A DNA stretch of 64,000 nucleotides from Cyanobacteria bacterium SOY_65_metabat_81 (GCA_031412945.1 JANODY010000006.1:35224-99223); one strand, 5' to 3'; counted from the first letter of the stretch, positions 45,537 through 56,869 are shown. The notes: generated by a model not told the origin, from the sequence alone. Translations and numbers: made by a program.

Positions 45537-47432
45537 ATGCAAGAGCAGGGAACGATCAGCATTCATACCGAGAATATCTTTCCCATTATCAAGAAGGCTT
45601 TATATTCAGAACGCGATATCTTCTTGCGGGAATTGGTTTCTAATGCGGTAGATGCAATTAGCAAACTCAAAATGGTGTCTTATGCTGGAGAGACGAACCA
45701 TTCAGCCGAGCCAGAAATCACAATCACCATTGATAAAGATAAAAAGACCTTGGCGATCGCCGATACAGGGCTTGGCATGACGGCGGATGAGGTCAAGCAA
45801 TACATTAACCAAGTTGCCTTTTCTAGCGCTCAAGAATTTGCGACTAAATATGCCAACAGTGGCACAGGCGATCAGCAAATTATTGGTAACTTTGGTTTAG
45901 GTTTTTACTCGTCATTTATGGTGGCGAGCAATGTCGAGATCGACACACGCTCCTACAAAGAAGGCGCTGAGGCGGTGCATTGGGCTTGCGATGGTTCGAC
46001 CACTTTTACCCTCGATGATAGCGATCGCGCCACTGTCGGCACAACCATCACCTTGACTTTGCAAGAAGATGCTGAGGAGTATCTAGAGGAAGGCTCGATC
46101 AAGCGGATGATTCGCAACTATTGCGACTTTATGCCCGTGCCGATCAAGCTCAATGATGAAGTCATCAACAAGCAAACGGCGCTGTGGGACAAGTCTCCAA
46201 AGTCTGTTACTAACGATGAATACCTCGAATTTTATCGCTATCTCTATCCCTACCAAGACGATCCTCTGTTTTGGATTCATCTGAATACCGATTATCCCTT
46301 TGTGATTAAGGGGATTTTATATTTCCCGAAAATGAAGGCGGATATCGATCCCAATCGTGGACAGATCAAGTTGTTCTGCAATCACGTTTTTGTCAGCGAC
46401 AATTGCGATGATGTGATTCCTAAGTTTTTGATGCCCTTGCGTGGGGCGATCGATAGTACTGATATTCCTCTGAATGTGTCGCGGAGCTTCTTGCAGGGCG
46501 ATCCCAAGGTTCGCAAGATTCAAGACTTTATTGCTAAGAAAGTAGGCGATCGCCTCAGCTCACTGTACAGTGACTCCCGTGAAGAATTTTTGAAATGTTG
46601 GCAAGATATCAGCATCTTCATGAAATTTGGGGCGATGAATAGCGATAAGTTCTATCAACAAATCAAAGATATTTTGGTTTACTCCACCACTAGCGAATCT
46701 GAAGAAGTCAAGAGTGCTAGTGGTAACTACACGACCTTGCAAGCTTATCTAGAGCGGAATAAGGCTGAACACGAAAATCAAGTTTTCTACACGTCCGACC
46801 CGATCGCCCAAGGGACTTATGTAGAATTGCATAAAAACCAAGGTTTGGAAGTGCTGACCTTTGATGCGTTTATCGATAGCCATTTCATCAACTTCCTTGA
46901 GCGTGAATTTACCGATATTAAGTTTGCTCGCGTTGATGCTGAAATCGACGATCGCCTTGTGGATAAAGAATCGAATACCGAAATTGTCGATCCTAAAACC
47001 AACAAAACCAAGAGCGATCATCTTCAAGACATCTTCCGTGAGGCGTTAAATAAACCAAAATTGGTAATTCGCACCGAAGCAATTAAGTCTGACGATGTGG
47101 CTTCTGCCCCACCTGCAATTATTCTATTACCCGAATCAGCGCGGCGGATGCAAGAAATGATGGCGCTGATGCAACAAGGCACGGTGAGCTTTCCTGAAGA
47201 TCATGTGTTGCTAGTCAATACCGCCCATCCTTTGATGCAAAAGCTCATCGATCTTGAAAGCAATCAAATTCTTGTCGGCGGTAAATCTGAATCCCTCGAT
47301 CTCGCTAATTTGATTTGCGCCCATGTCTATGACTTGGCTTTGATGGCGCAAAAGAGCTTTGATGCGGACAGTATGAAGGGCTTTTTGCAGCGATCGAATC
47401 AATTGCTGACTAAATTGACCAGCAAAATCTAA
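45537..47432 (+). CDS. htpG: Molecular chaperone HtpG (Hsp90)
   Basis: LRELVSNAVDA, IGNFGLGFYS. AGGAG lies 11 nt before the ATG at 45537. Confidence 0.93.
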   Translation: MQEQGTISIHTENIFPIIKKALYSERDIFLRELVSNAVDAISKLKMVSYAGETNHSAEPEITITIDKDKKTLAIADTGLGMTADEVKQYINQVAFSSAQEFATKYANSGTGDQQIIGNFGLGFYSSFMVASNVEIDTRSYKEGAEAVHWACDGSTTFTLDDSDRATVGTTITLTLQEDAEEYLEEGSIKRMIRNYCDFMPVPIKLNDEVINKQTALWDKSPKSVTNDEYLEFYRYLYPYQDDPLFWIHLNTDYPFVIKGILYFPKMKADIDPNRGQIKLFCNHVFVSDNCDDVIPKFLMPLRGAIDSTDIPLNVSRSFLQGDPKVRKIQDFIAKKVGDRLSSLYSDSREEFLKCWQDISIFMKFGAMNSDKFYQQIKDILVYSTTSESEEVKSASGNYTTLQAYLERNKAEHENQVFYTSDPIAQGTYVELHKNQGLEVLTFDAFIDSHFINFLEREFTDIKFARVDAEIDDRLVDKESNTEIVDPKTNKTKSDHLQDIFREALNKPKLVIRTEAIKSDDVASAPPAIILLPESARRMQEMMALMQQGTVSFPEDHVLLVNTAHPLMQKLIDLESNQILVGGKSESLDLANLICAHVYDLALMAQKSFDADSMKGFLQRSNQLLTKLTSKI

Positions 47433-47682
47433 AAGTTTGGACAACCAGATCAACAAAATTCTCCAAGAAAATTCCTCCTGTTGTTTTCCACTCGCACTGG
47501 TTCAGATCAACAGAAAGCACTAGGTTCTGTTGTCGTTGGCTTTTGATTTGTTTTTTAACTGCCTGTCAAAATCTACAGTAAAGCGATGAGAATACCGATC
47601 TATAGAGTTGGCTATTTTTGGATAATCTTGTATCTTATTAGTTGTAACTACGAAAACTACATTAAAACACTAAATTAAAATT

Positions 47683-48324
47683 ATGACACTGCGTTTAGGC
47701 GACACTGTTCCAGACTTTACCCAAGACTCAACCGAAGGCGTTATTAACTTCCATGAGTGGATTGGTGATAGCTGGGCAATTCTATTTTCTCACCCCAAAG
47801 ATTTTACCCCTGTCTGCACGACCGAGTTAGGCACTGTTGCCAAACTCAAAGGTGAATTTGACAAGCGTAATATCAAGGCGATCGCTTTGAGCGTTGATGG
47901 TGTTGAGTCACACAAGGGGTGGGTTAGTGACATCGAAGAAACTCAAGGCGCTACCCTCAACTATCCGATTCTTGCGGATGAAGACAAAAAAGTCTCAGAA
48001 CTTTATGACATGATTCATCCCAATTCCGCCACGGGTAGCACCTTGACTGTGCGATCCGTGTTTATCATTGACTCCAACAAAAAACTTCGCCTCAGCTTGA
48101 CCTATCCTGCTAGCACAGGTCGCAATTTTGACGAAATCTTGCGCGTGATCGACTCATTGCAACTGACCGACAACTACAGCGTCGCCACACCTGCTAACTG
48201 GAAAGATGGCGATGATTGCGTAATTGTCCCTTCGGTATCTAATGAAGAAGCCAAAGTTAAGTTTCCTAAAGGCTTTAATCCTGTGAAGCCTTATTTGCGA
48301 TTGACTCCTCAACCTAACAAATAA
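47683..48324 (+). CDS. 1-Cys peroxiredoxin (Prx6 type)
   Basis: LFSHPKDFTPVCTTELG peroxidatic cysteine motif; 213 aa. Confidence 0.92.
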   Translation: MTLRLGDTVPDFTQDSTEGVINFHEWIGDSWAILFSHPKDFTPVCTTELGTVAKLKGEFDKRNIKAIALSVDGVESHKGWVSDIEETQGATLNYPILADEDKKVSELYDMIHPNSATGSTLTVRSVFIIDSNKKLRLSLTYPASTGRNFDEILRVIDSLQLTDNYSVATPANWKDGDDCVIVPSVSNEEAKVKFPKGFNPVKPYLRLTPQPNK

Positions 48325-48342
48325 TCACAAAAACCGAAAAGT

Positions 48343-48413
48343 AAAAGGCGGTGCGATGCGCCGCCTTTTATTTGGTGATAAAAAATAAAAAGGCTTGCTT
48401 AGCAAGCCTTTTT
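48343..48413. terminator. Two tandem terminator hairpins between convergent genes
   Basis: AAAAGGCGGTGC-GAT-GCGCCGCCTTTT and AAAAAGGCTTGC-TTA-GCAAGCCTTTTT. Confidence 0.7.
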
Positions 48414-48425
48414 ATTTTTATGTTT

Positions 48426-48737
48426 TTACCAACTTTCGTCTTCGACAGCCGTTTTGTCCCAAATCTCTAAATCTAGCTCTTCTAGATAAATGATGCCAGT
48501 CTGAATTTGTTGCGTTGTTCCAGTGAGTTCCAATGTGAACCAGCCGTCATCTTCAGGACTTTCACCCAAAAGAGCAGCAATAATGTTCACACTAAGCCCA
48601 TGCTCACAAGAGAGGCGCGAGATAATTGGCTCGCCATAGCAGCTCCTCGGCACACGCATAGCTATGCGTGTTGTCGTTCGGCGCTTTTCCTCTAAGTTTA
48701 CAGTAGCCCTGGAATCGATACATTCCGCCGCTAACAT
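48426..48737 (-). CDS. NIL domain protein
   Basis: YGEPIISRLSCEHGLSVNIIAALLG...DGWFTLELTG is typical of the NIL (MetN C-terminal-like) fold. Confidence 0.75.
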   Translation of the reverse strand: MLAAECIDSRATVNLEEKRRTTTRIAMRVPRSCYGEPIISRLSCEHGLSVNIIAALLGESPEDDGWFTLELTGTTQQIQTGIIYLEELDLEIWDKTAVEDESW

Positions 48738-48862
48738 TGAAATTTCTCCAGTGCAAATGTCTTCATGCTTTGATACTTATCATCATAGCTAAAGATTTAA
48801 TGATTGGGACGTGATTTGAGTCACTAAGTTTAGAAAAATCACAAAATTATACAATAGTGATT

Positions 48863-49198
48863 ATGTCAAGCAAATTAACATCTTACGATCGCATTTACGA
48901 GATTGTGCGCCAAATTCCCTACGGACAAGTTGCTACATATGGGCAAGTTGCCGAACTGTCAAACTTGGCTGGAAAAGCGCGGGTGGTCGGCTATGCGCTC
49001 TATCGTATTGATATGCAAACCTCAGATATTCCTTGGCAGCGCGTAGTAAATGCCAAAGGTGAGGTATCACTTTCGCCTTTGCGTTTCGGCACTGACTATT
49101 TACAGCGATCGCTCCTTGAGCGCGAAGGGATAAGTTTTAACGATGCTGGCAAAATCGATTTACGCAAATATTTATGGAGACCCGAATCGATAATTTAA
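48863..49198 (+). CDS. Alkyltransferase-like (ATL) protein: MGMT DNA-binding domain without the acceptor cysteine
   Basis: IPYGQVATYGQVA helix-turn-helix. The canonical PCHRV site reads PWQRV. Confidence 0.8.
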   Translation: MSSKLTSYDRIYEIVRQIPYGQVATYGQVAELSNLAGKARVVGYALYRIDMQTSDIPWQRVVNAKGEVSLSPLRFGTDYLQRSLLEREGISFNDAGKIDLRKYLWRPESII

Positions 49199-49238
49199 AA
49201 ACCCCAGAAGAGGAGTGGCGGCGCTCCCCCTCTTCTTA

Positions 49239-50600
49239 CTAATCAATTGGCAAAGAATCCACTTTTTTAAATTCGCCGTTCCAAGGTGCAAATAATGGCA
49301 AGAAAGCCATTCCCGGTATAGCTAAAGCCAGTGTAAGCAAGAAAAATAGCGACCAACCTTTGCCATCACTGCCAGCTAGCCATGAGATTTGATTAATCGC
49401 TGTCCATGATGGCATATTGCGCTGAATAAATTGGGCGGATTCTCCTGAAAAAGGTGAAGCTAAGAGATCGCGCCCGACCGCAAATAGACTGGAAAGCAAC
49501 GCATATTGAGTTGCCGAAAAGCTGGGATTGCATAGCACCATTAAAAAGCCTAAAAATCCTGCGGTTCCAAGTCCCCCACAAAAATTTTCCACATTAATCG
49601 CCGCCAATAAAACTAGATCGTTTTTACCAACTACCGAAATTGCGTAATAGCCAATGTTGCTAACTGCTTGCAAAAATCCAAACACCCATAGCGATCGATT
49701 AATGCCAATTTTGCTCAAGATCGCCCCGCCCGTCAGAGTCCCCACAATAGTCGCAACTACGCCAATCCCCTGTCGCACCGTGCCAATTGTGCCGTCGTCA
49801 AAAAGAGTTTTTAAAAAAGGCACTGCCATTTTGCTTACCATGGCATCGCTAAATCGATAAAAAATCGTAAACACAAGGATTAATAAAACTTTCTTTACTC
49901 CCAATCGTTGAAAAAATTCTTGAAAAGGCTTGACCACTGCTTCATCTAGTGATAGTGGACGCGCATTTACTTCTGGCGGCTCAGGGGCAAAGATCGTTAC
50001 CACCATGCCAAGACTCATCACGATCGCTAGTAACACATAGACCCATGCCCACCCCAATTTACTTGCCAAATTAAATCCGATAAATCCAGCAAATAGGATC
50101 GCGATCCGATATCCCATCACCCAAATACCAATCCCTGCCCCGACTTCTTGCGGTTCTAGCACATCAGTCCGATAAGCATCGATCGCAATATCTTGAGTGG
50201 CACTCAGAAAAGCCAGAATCACCGCCGCGATCGCCAATGTTGGCAAAGCCGAGGCTCTTTCTGTAGGCAAAATATTACTAATTGTAAACATTTGCCAAGC
50301 GATTGCCAAAATTGCCAACACCAATCCACCCTGAGTCAATAAAATCCAACCGCGCCGCCGTCCTAAAAAAGGTGGTACAAAGCGATCGGTAAAAGGCGAC
50401 CATAAAAATTTGAGGGAATAGGGCAATGAAACCAAACCTAGCCAACCAATCGTACTGAGGTCAAACTTAGCGCTAGTAAGCCACGCCCGAAAAGCATCAT
50501 CAGTTAGCGCGTATGGCAACCCTGAGGCAAATCCTAGTAACAAAAGCGCCACCATTTTGCGACTCTGAAAAACCCGAAAAAATTGCGCGATCGTATTCAT
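49239..50600 (-). CDS. ampG: AmpG-family muropeptide MFS permease
   Basis: 453 aa, about 12 TM segments. LLLGFASGLPYALT and GRRRGWILLTQ motifs. Confidence 0.85.
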   Translation of the reverse strand: MNTIAQFFRVFQSRKMVALLLLGFASGLPYALTDDAFRAWLTSAKFDLSTIGWLGLVSLPYSLKFLWSPFTDRFVPPFLGRRRGWILLTQGGLVLAILAIAWQMFTISNILPTERASALPTLAIAAVILAFLSATQDIAIDAYRTDVLEPQEVGAGIGIWVMGYRIAILFAGFIGFNLASKLGWAWVYVLLAIVMSLGMVVTIFAPEPPEVNARPLSLDEAVVKPFQEFFQRLGVKKVLLILVFTIFYRFSDAMVSKMAVPFLKTLFDDGTIGTVRQGIGVVATIVGTLTGGAILSKIGINRSLWVFGFLQAVSNIGYYAISVVGKNDLVLLAAINVENFCGGLGTAGFLGFLMVLCNPSFSATQYALLSSLFAVGRDLLASPFSGESAQFIQRNMPSWTAINQISWLAGSDGKGWSLFFLLTLALAIPGMAFLPLFAPWNGEFKKVDSLPID

Positions 50601-50627
50601 ATTTGCGGATTAGACTACAATGTATAT

Positions 50628-50708
50628 GTAAGCGGAGACGCAAGTTTCCGTTCACTCCTCACACCACATTCCGCCTGAGCTTATGAGCAGCAAAGGCGGT
50701 TTTTTCTT
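50628..50708 (+). ncRNA. yfr1: Cyanobacterial sRNA Yfr1
   Basis: Exact ACTCCTCACAC (50654-50664) lies unpaired between a 5' hairpin (CGGAGA-CGCAAG-TTTCCG) and a terminator (CCGCCT-17 nt-AGGCGG followed by TTTTTT). TACAAT -10 at 50616-50621. It lies about 200 nt upstream of trxA. Confidence 0.8.
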
Positions 50709-50909
50709 TTTTGACTATAAGTGTTTTTTGGTAAGTCTTTATCAAAAGTCAAAGAGGATGATGTGGCGCAGTTGGCTTTTTTTTGATTTGCGCCAAAGTA
50801 TTCTGCTATACAATTTTGGTTTTTAGCAAATGTGCAATCCTAGCTGTTATACTACCTACACACAATTTTTGAAATTAAAAGTTTTTAACATTTAGGGAGT
50901 TATCAAAGC

Positions 50910-51248
50910 ATGTCATCAGCGATCGCCGTTACAGATGCTAGCTTTGAGCAGGACGTACTTAAAAGTGATGTACCTGTTCTAGTAGATTTTTGGGCCCCTT
51001 GGTGTGGTCCTTGCCGTATGGTTGCCCCTGTAGTCGAAGAAGTCGCTACACAGTATGAGGGCAAGATCAGAGTTTTCAAGCTTAATACTGATGAGAATCC
51101 TACCGTAGCTGGACAATATGGTATTCGCAGTATTCCCACGCTCATGTTATTCAAAGGTGGGCAGCGTGTTGATGTAGTCGTTGGGGCTGTCCCTAAAGCA
51201 ACGCTTTGTAGCACTATCGAAAAGTATTTAGATAGCGCTCAAATATAA
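50910..51248 (+). CDS. trxA: Thioredoxin
   Basis: [15 protein letters not shown] active site; 112 aa. Confidence 0.95.
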   Translation: MSSAIAVTDASFEQDVLKSDVPVLVDFWAPWCGPCRMVAPVVEEVATQYEGKIRVFKLNTDENPTVAGQYGIRSIPTLMLFKGGQRVDVVVGAVPKATLCSTIEKYLDSAQI

Positions 51249-51570
51249 AAAGCTGATTTAGCTACCGAGCGAAAGCCCCGCACTCTATCCGTTTACAGGA
51301 TGAGTGACGGGATGTAGTCGCTTTTCTCAAGCGGTTCGCGGCTTCGTAGATGGACAACGTAGCGCGAGAAACTCGAAATTTATCCAAGGCAGTAAAAGTC
51401 GTAGGGTATAAAACAAGAAATTAATAGTCTTCGGAGGGACGCTCCGTGGACTTAAAACAAAGCTCAGGATATGCCCGATGCAATAGCAGGGTTCACTGAG
51501 AAGCCCACCCTATAATCGTCCGCAAGTTAGGGTGGGAGTCGTCACTAAACTTATTAACAAAAATTAAGTA

Positions 51571-52119
51571 GTGCAGCAATTCAAGGTTGTCGAAATTTTA
51601 TCTGCTGACGAGCTACGTCGCACGGTCAATCGTCTGGCTTCGCAAATCGTTGAAGCTAGTGATGATTTGTCAAACGTAGTCTTGCTCGGAGTTTATACGC
51701 GTGGTGTGCCGCTAAGTATGGCGATCGCCAAACAGATACACACACTTGAAGGCATAACAGTTCCGTCTGGCGCGTTGGATATTACATTTTATCGCGATGA
51801 TCTAGATAAGATTGGATTGCGAACACCAAATAAAACCGAGATTCCTGCCGATCTAAATGGTAAGACTGTCGTCTTAGTCGATGACGTAGTTTATAGCGGT
51901 CGAACAATTGGAGCCGCCTTAAGTGCGATTCATGATTATGGTCGTCCCAAAGTTTTAAGATTACTGGTTTTGATCGATCGCGGTCATCGTGAGTTACCGA
52001 TCCATCCTGACTATGTGGGGCGCACTTTGCCGACTTCTAAAGATGAGCAGGTCAAAGTATTTTTGACTGCGGCTGGGGATGGTCGCGATGGGGTTGAGTT
52101 AGTTAAGCCAATTGGTTAG
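51571..52119 (+). CDS. pyrR: Bifunctional pyr operon regulator / uracil phosphoribosyltransferase PyrR
   Basis: GTG start. [16 protein letters not shown] loop [23 protein letters not shown]. Confidence 0.9.
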   Translation: MQQFKVVEILSADELRRTVNRLASQIVEASDDLSNVVLLGVYTRGVPLSMAIAKQIHTLEGITVPSGALDITFYRDDLDKIGLRTPNKTEIPADLNGKTVVLVDDVVYSGRTIGAALSAIHDYGRPKVLRLLVLIDRGHRELPIHPDYVGRTLPTSKDEQVKVFLTAAGDGRDGVELVKPIG

Positions 52120-52134
52120 ATATTTGGATAGTTT

Positions 52135-52779
52135 TTATGCCGATCTTTGGTTAGGGCGATTTTGCCAGTAGAAGGCGATCGCTACATTAATCCATTTAAA
52201 GGTGTAATAGAGGCTAGTAAAAACCACAAAAAACAACATTGTGCCGAAAAAGAAGTTAGGATTTTTTAAATTACTAATTCCATGACTTATCACAAAATTC
52301 GGCTTTGTAAATACATCCCAGCTATTCAATCTGTTGAATCTGCCCCAATAAACAGCGATCGCACAAATGAAATTGATGCTGATTTCTAGCCAGACCATAT
52401 TCTTAGTTAGCTTGAGAAAACTAAAATATTGAATAAATCTAATGATCGACAAAACATAACATTGGAAGCCAAACAATAGGAAAACCACATATTGCGGAAT
52501 CAGAACGAAAATTATGCCATTAACCGAAATATCAGGCGATCGTGAATCATCGACAAAATGGATAATGTCAGTCAAAATATAGGGCGCGTTTGGTAAAAAC
52601 AGCATAAAAATAGCGAAACCGCACCACCAAATCAGGGCTTTTGGGAATTGTCTTGGCGATCGCTTAGACAATTGTTTGTTAAATAAGATAAAGCTAAGTA
52701 CGCATGGAATAATTGCTAAAAATAGATTCCAACCCATCCATCGAAAATTCCCAAAAAACTGCTCAAATGCTTCTGTCAT
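52135..52779 (-). CDS. DUF1361-like integral membrane protein
   Basis: 214 aa, about 6 TM helices. The family call is from memory only. Confidence 0.65.
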   Translation of the reverse strand: MTEAFEQFFGNFRWMGWNLFLAIIPCVLSFILFNKQLSKRSPRQFPKALIWWCGFAIFMLFLPNAPYILTDIIHFVDDSRSPDISVNGIIFVLIPQYVVFLLFGFQCYVLSIIRFIQYFSFLKLTKNMVWLEISINFICAIAVYWGRFNRLNSWDVFTKPNFVISHGISNLKNPNFFFGTMLFFVVFTSLYYTFKWINVAIAFYWQNRPNQRSA

Positions 52780-52932
52780 TATTTTTGCTCTCTATTATTA
52801 AAGTGGGTCGCGGGGCAAAGCCCCGCAATGGGTTTTATATTCTTATTTGTGGCGTGGCGGGTTTTAAAGCAAATTGCTATAGCTAGCTACTTATAAAAAC
52901 TATCAAAAACTAGAAAAGAAAGATTAACTCCT

Positions 52933-53691
52933 ATGATAAGCAGCCTTCCAATTTCGCCGCAATGGTTAATCGCGATCGCCTTAAATACAGTTCTTGGGGC
53001 GATCGCCCTATTATTGCCTCGTAAAGTCTTAACTACCGCAGGTATCTACCATGCATGGGCGCTAGGAATTACGATCTGGGGCTGTCTCGGATGGCAAGGT
53101 TATGTTGTAATTTTAAGCTATCTAATCGTGGGTTCGGGGGTAACTCGCATTGGTAAAGAGATCAAAGAAGCTAAAGGTATTGCTGAAAAACGTGATGGCG
53201 CAAGGGGACCAGAAAATCTGTGGGGATCGGCGGCGACAGGTGCAGTTTGTGCGATCGGTCAGGCGATCGCTCCAAATCCGCTCTGGTTAATTGCCTATAC
53301 CGCCAGTCTCAGCACCAAACTTTCCGACACGACCGCGAGCGAAGTTGGCAAAGCTTACGGCAAAAGCACATTTTTGATTACCACGTTCAAGCCTGTCGCG
53401 GCTGGGACAGAGGGCGCGATTAGCCTAGAGGGAACGATCGCAGGAATTATTGGTTCACTAGTGATCGCGGCGATCGGCTTGGCGGTGGGCTTATTGGCGA
53501 GTCCTTGGGATCTGCTCTGGTGCGCGATCGCGGCTTTTATCGCCACAAATATCGAAAGCGTGATCGGGGCAACTTTGCAAGAAAAATATGACTGGCTCAC
53601 CAATGAACTCGTCAACGGGATCAATACATTAATTGGTGCGGTGATTTCTGTGATGATTTCTGTGGCGATCGCCGTTTTCGTTAAGACATAA
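52933..53691 (+). CDS. DUF92/TIGR00297 membrane protein (VTE6 phytyl-phosphate kinase family)
   Basis: Polytopic. RKGARGPENLWGSA-type loop (KRDGARGPENLWGSAATG), SDTTASEVGK, GTEGAISLEGT. Confidence 0.75.
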   Translation: MISSLPISPQWLIAIALNTVLGAIALLLPRKVLTTAGIYHAWALGITIWGCLGWQGYVVILSYLIVGSGVTRIGKEIKEAKGIAEKRDGARGPENLWGSAATGAVCAIGQAIAPNPLWLIAYTASLSTKLSDTTASEVGKAYGKSTFLITTFKPVAAGTEGAISLEGTIAGIIGSLVIAAIGLAVGLLASPWDLLWCAIAAFIATNIESVIGATLQEKYDWLTNELVNGINTLIGAVISVMISVAIAVFVKT

Positions 53692-53702
53692 AGCGGTTGA
53701 AT

Positions 53703-53805
53703 AAGTAAGCACAATTAAATATAAAACCCTATTGCCTAAAACCGCCCGCTATGCGGGCGGTTTTAGGCTTTTTATATGTTATTTAATTACGCCAAGCTAC
53801 TTACT
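53703..53805. mobile_element. MITE-like element, family A, copy 3
   Basis: AAGTAAGCACAATTAAATATAAAAC...core AAACCGCCCGC-TAT-GCGGGCGGTTT...TTTATATGTTATTTAATTACGCCAAGCTACTTACT. Confidence 0.7.
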
Positions 53806-53899
53806 CAAGAAAAAAAAAGCCGTCGATTCAACATTACAATTGATACTTGTATATTTGATTGCATTTGCTAATCACATTTGTATAGCACGGAGCCAGATT

Positions 53900-54265
53900 T
53901 TGACTACTATTGATTTATTTAAAAACGAAAAAGATTTCACTACCATTCCAGCAGGAGCCGTAATTTTTGAAAAGGGCGGAGTTGCCGATCATATGTATGC
54001 AGTTCTTGAAGGCGAAGTCGAGATTTCGATCGACGGCAAGTTGATGGACACCACTGGCGCGGGTGGAATTATTGGGGAAATGGCTCTAATTAGCGCAACT
54101 CCAAGAAGTGCCACGGCGATCGCCAAAACAGAATGTAAATTAGTCGCTGTTGATCAACAGCGCTTTATGTTTTTGGTACAACAAACTCCATTTTTTGCGA
54201 TCAATGTGATGAAGATCATGACCGAAAGAATTAGAAAGCTAGATGCTCTTGTTCTAGGAAGTTAA
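53900..54265 (+). CDS. Cyclic nucleotide-binding domain protein (stand-alone cNMP domain)
   Basis: GEMALISATPRSATAIA phosphate-binding cassette. The track N-terminus reads through MITE A3. TTG at 53900 is preceded by GGAG and is tentative. Confidence 0.7.
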   Translation: MTTIDLFKNEKDFTTIPAGAVIFEKGGVADHMYAVLEGEVEISIDGKLMDTTGAGGIIGEMALISATPRSATAIAKTECKLVAVDQQRFMFLVQQTPFFAINVMKIMTERIRKLDALVLGS

Positions 54266-54423
54266 AGTTTTTAATAATCTAGCTACAGCGCTTTGCGCTG
54301 ATATAAAAGCCAAAGAGAAGCTTAAAAGTGCCGCTTTGTGGCACTTTTAAACTTTTCTTTGATATCCCTCTAAAAAAGAAAAGTCGTTTTTGTCCAGCTT
54401 TTTAATGAAAACATGACATTTGA

Positions 54424-55776
<1,353 letters not shown>

Positions 55777-55792
55777 ATGTTCAGTAGAACTT

Positions 55793-55826
55793 ACCGTAAG
55801 GGCAATTCATGAATTGCCCTTACGGT
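55793..55826. repeat. 34-bp perfect palindrome related to the family B core
   Basis: ACCGTAAGGGCAATTCAT/GAATTGCCCTTACGGT shares GGGCAATTCAT.AA.TGCCC with 39567-39589 and 58739-58760. Confidence 0.8.
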
Positions 55827-55833
55827 TCAAACC

Positions 55834-55873
55834 AAAAAAGAGCGTCGGCGCGATGCGCCGATACTCTTTTTTT
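55834..55873. terminator. Bidirectional terminator
   Basis: AAAAAAGAGCGTCGGCGC-GAT-GCGCCGATACTCTTTTTTT. Confidence 0.7.
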
Positions 55874-55880
55874 AGCTTTG

Positions 55881-56330
55881 CTAACAATCGCGATTGGAGA
55901 TTAATCCACTGGGCAGAACCGTCTTGCAGAGTTTGGCTTGGGCCAATTGAGTTTCTGATATCGTGGCGCTGGTCAGATCGGCTTCGGTTAAATCAGTTTT
56001 ATTAAATATTGCCCTAGTAAAGTCAGTCAATAACATTTTAGTGTGCTTGAGATTGGCATAGCTTAGATCAGTTCCGTTAAGATTAGCCCGACTGAGATTA
56101 GAGAAAGTTATACTCGCCCCCAACAAGTTAGCGCTAGTCAGATCTGCCGCCAGTAGATAGGTATAGTCAAGGTTGCTAACTGGCAAATATGCCCCAGTCA
56201 AATCACAAACTTGACATCTTTTGGTGGATTGCAGTTGGATAACTTGGCTCGGATTTGCCGCCCACGCTGACCACGAGAACGAAAACGATATGATAAGTAG
56301 CGCGATCGCCAAAAAGATGCGGTATTTCAT
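55881..56330 (-). CDS. Secreted pentapeptide repeat protein
   Basis: Signal peptide MKYRIFLAIALLIISFSFSWSAWA followed by A(D/N)LxX repeats. Confidence 0.85.
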   Translation of the reverse strand: MKYRIFLAIALLIISFSFSWSAWAANPSQVIQLQSTKRCQVCDLTGAYLPVSNLDYTYLLAADLTSANLLGASITFSNLSRANLNGTDLSYANLKHTKMLLTDFTRAIFNKTDLTEADLTSATISETQLAQAKLCKTVLPSGLISNRDC

Positions 56331-56356
56331 AATTAGAGCTTGATTCTCAATGAATA

Positions 56357-56779
56357 TTACTGATTCTTTTTGTAGTTAATTCGATTAATAGCTTCTAGAA
56401 TCTGGCTATCTGAAACGATCTGCCTACGCTGATCTAGTTTAAATTTTTGAATGCGATCGCCAATAGTTTGCTCAGCTATGACCTCAGTTTCTGGAATTTC
56501 CCACTTAAAAAATTTTTCTAATCCTTCAAAAGGGACAAAAGACACATTGTTTTGAGTGAATCGAAACAGCTGCATACTACCACCGCCGACTGCAGGCGCA
56601 TTGCTCTGGCGCATTTCCACTAGGATTTGTTGTGCTGGCGATAGTCCGTTGGACTGGCTGGCATCAATTTTTACTTGGGCTTTTAGACATTCTACATTTG
56701 CTAAAAATATTGGCACAAATATTGTTGAACATGCAGTGCTAGCGATCGCCAATAATCTCCAGATTTTGAAACGCGACAT
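56357..56779 (-). CDS. Hypothetical secreted protein
   Basis: 140-aa ORF with an N-terminal hydrophobic signal-like segment. No motif recognised. Confidence 0.55.
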   Translation of the reverse strand: MSRFKIWRLLAIASTACSTIFVPIFLANVECLKAQVKIDASQSNGLSPAQQILVEMRQSNAPAVGGGSMQLFRFTQNNVSFVPFEGLEKFFKWEIPETEVIAEQTIGDRIQKFKLDQRRQIVSDSQILEAINRINYKKNQ

Positions 56780-56869
56780 CGAATTTCTCCTGAAATCATA
56801 CTAAGATTTTCTCTAAGAATTTAACATAATAATTATAAAAATAACTATAAAAAATCTGCGTAGTTGCCG

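Noticed and set aside
51303-51545. Long-range complementarity AGTGACG / CGTCACT that would close a 245-nt structure across the trxA-pyrR spacer (a 6S-like closing stem).
   Set aside because: There are only 7 contiguous base pairs with no extension on either side. This is expected by chance in a 320-nt region. The 5' partner also pairs locally in a better hairpin.
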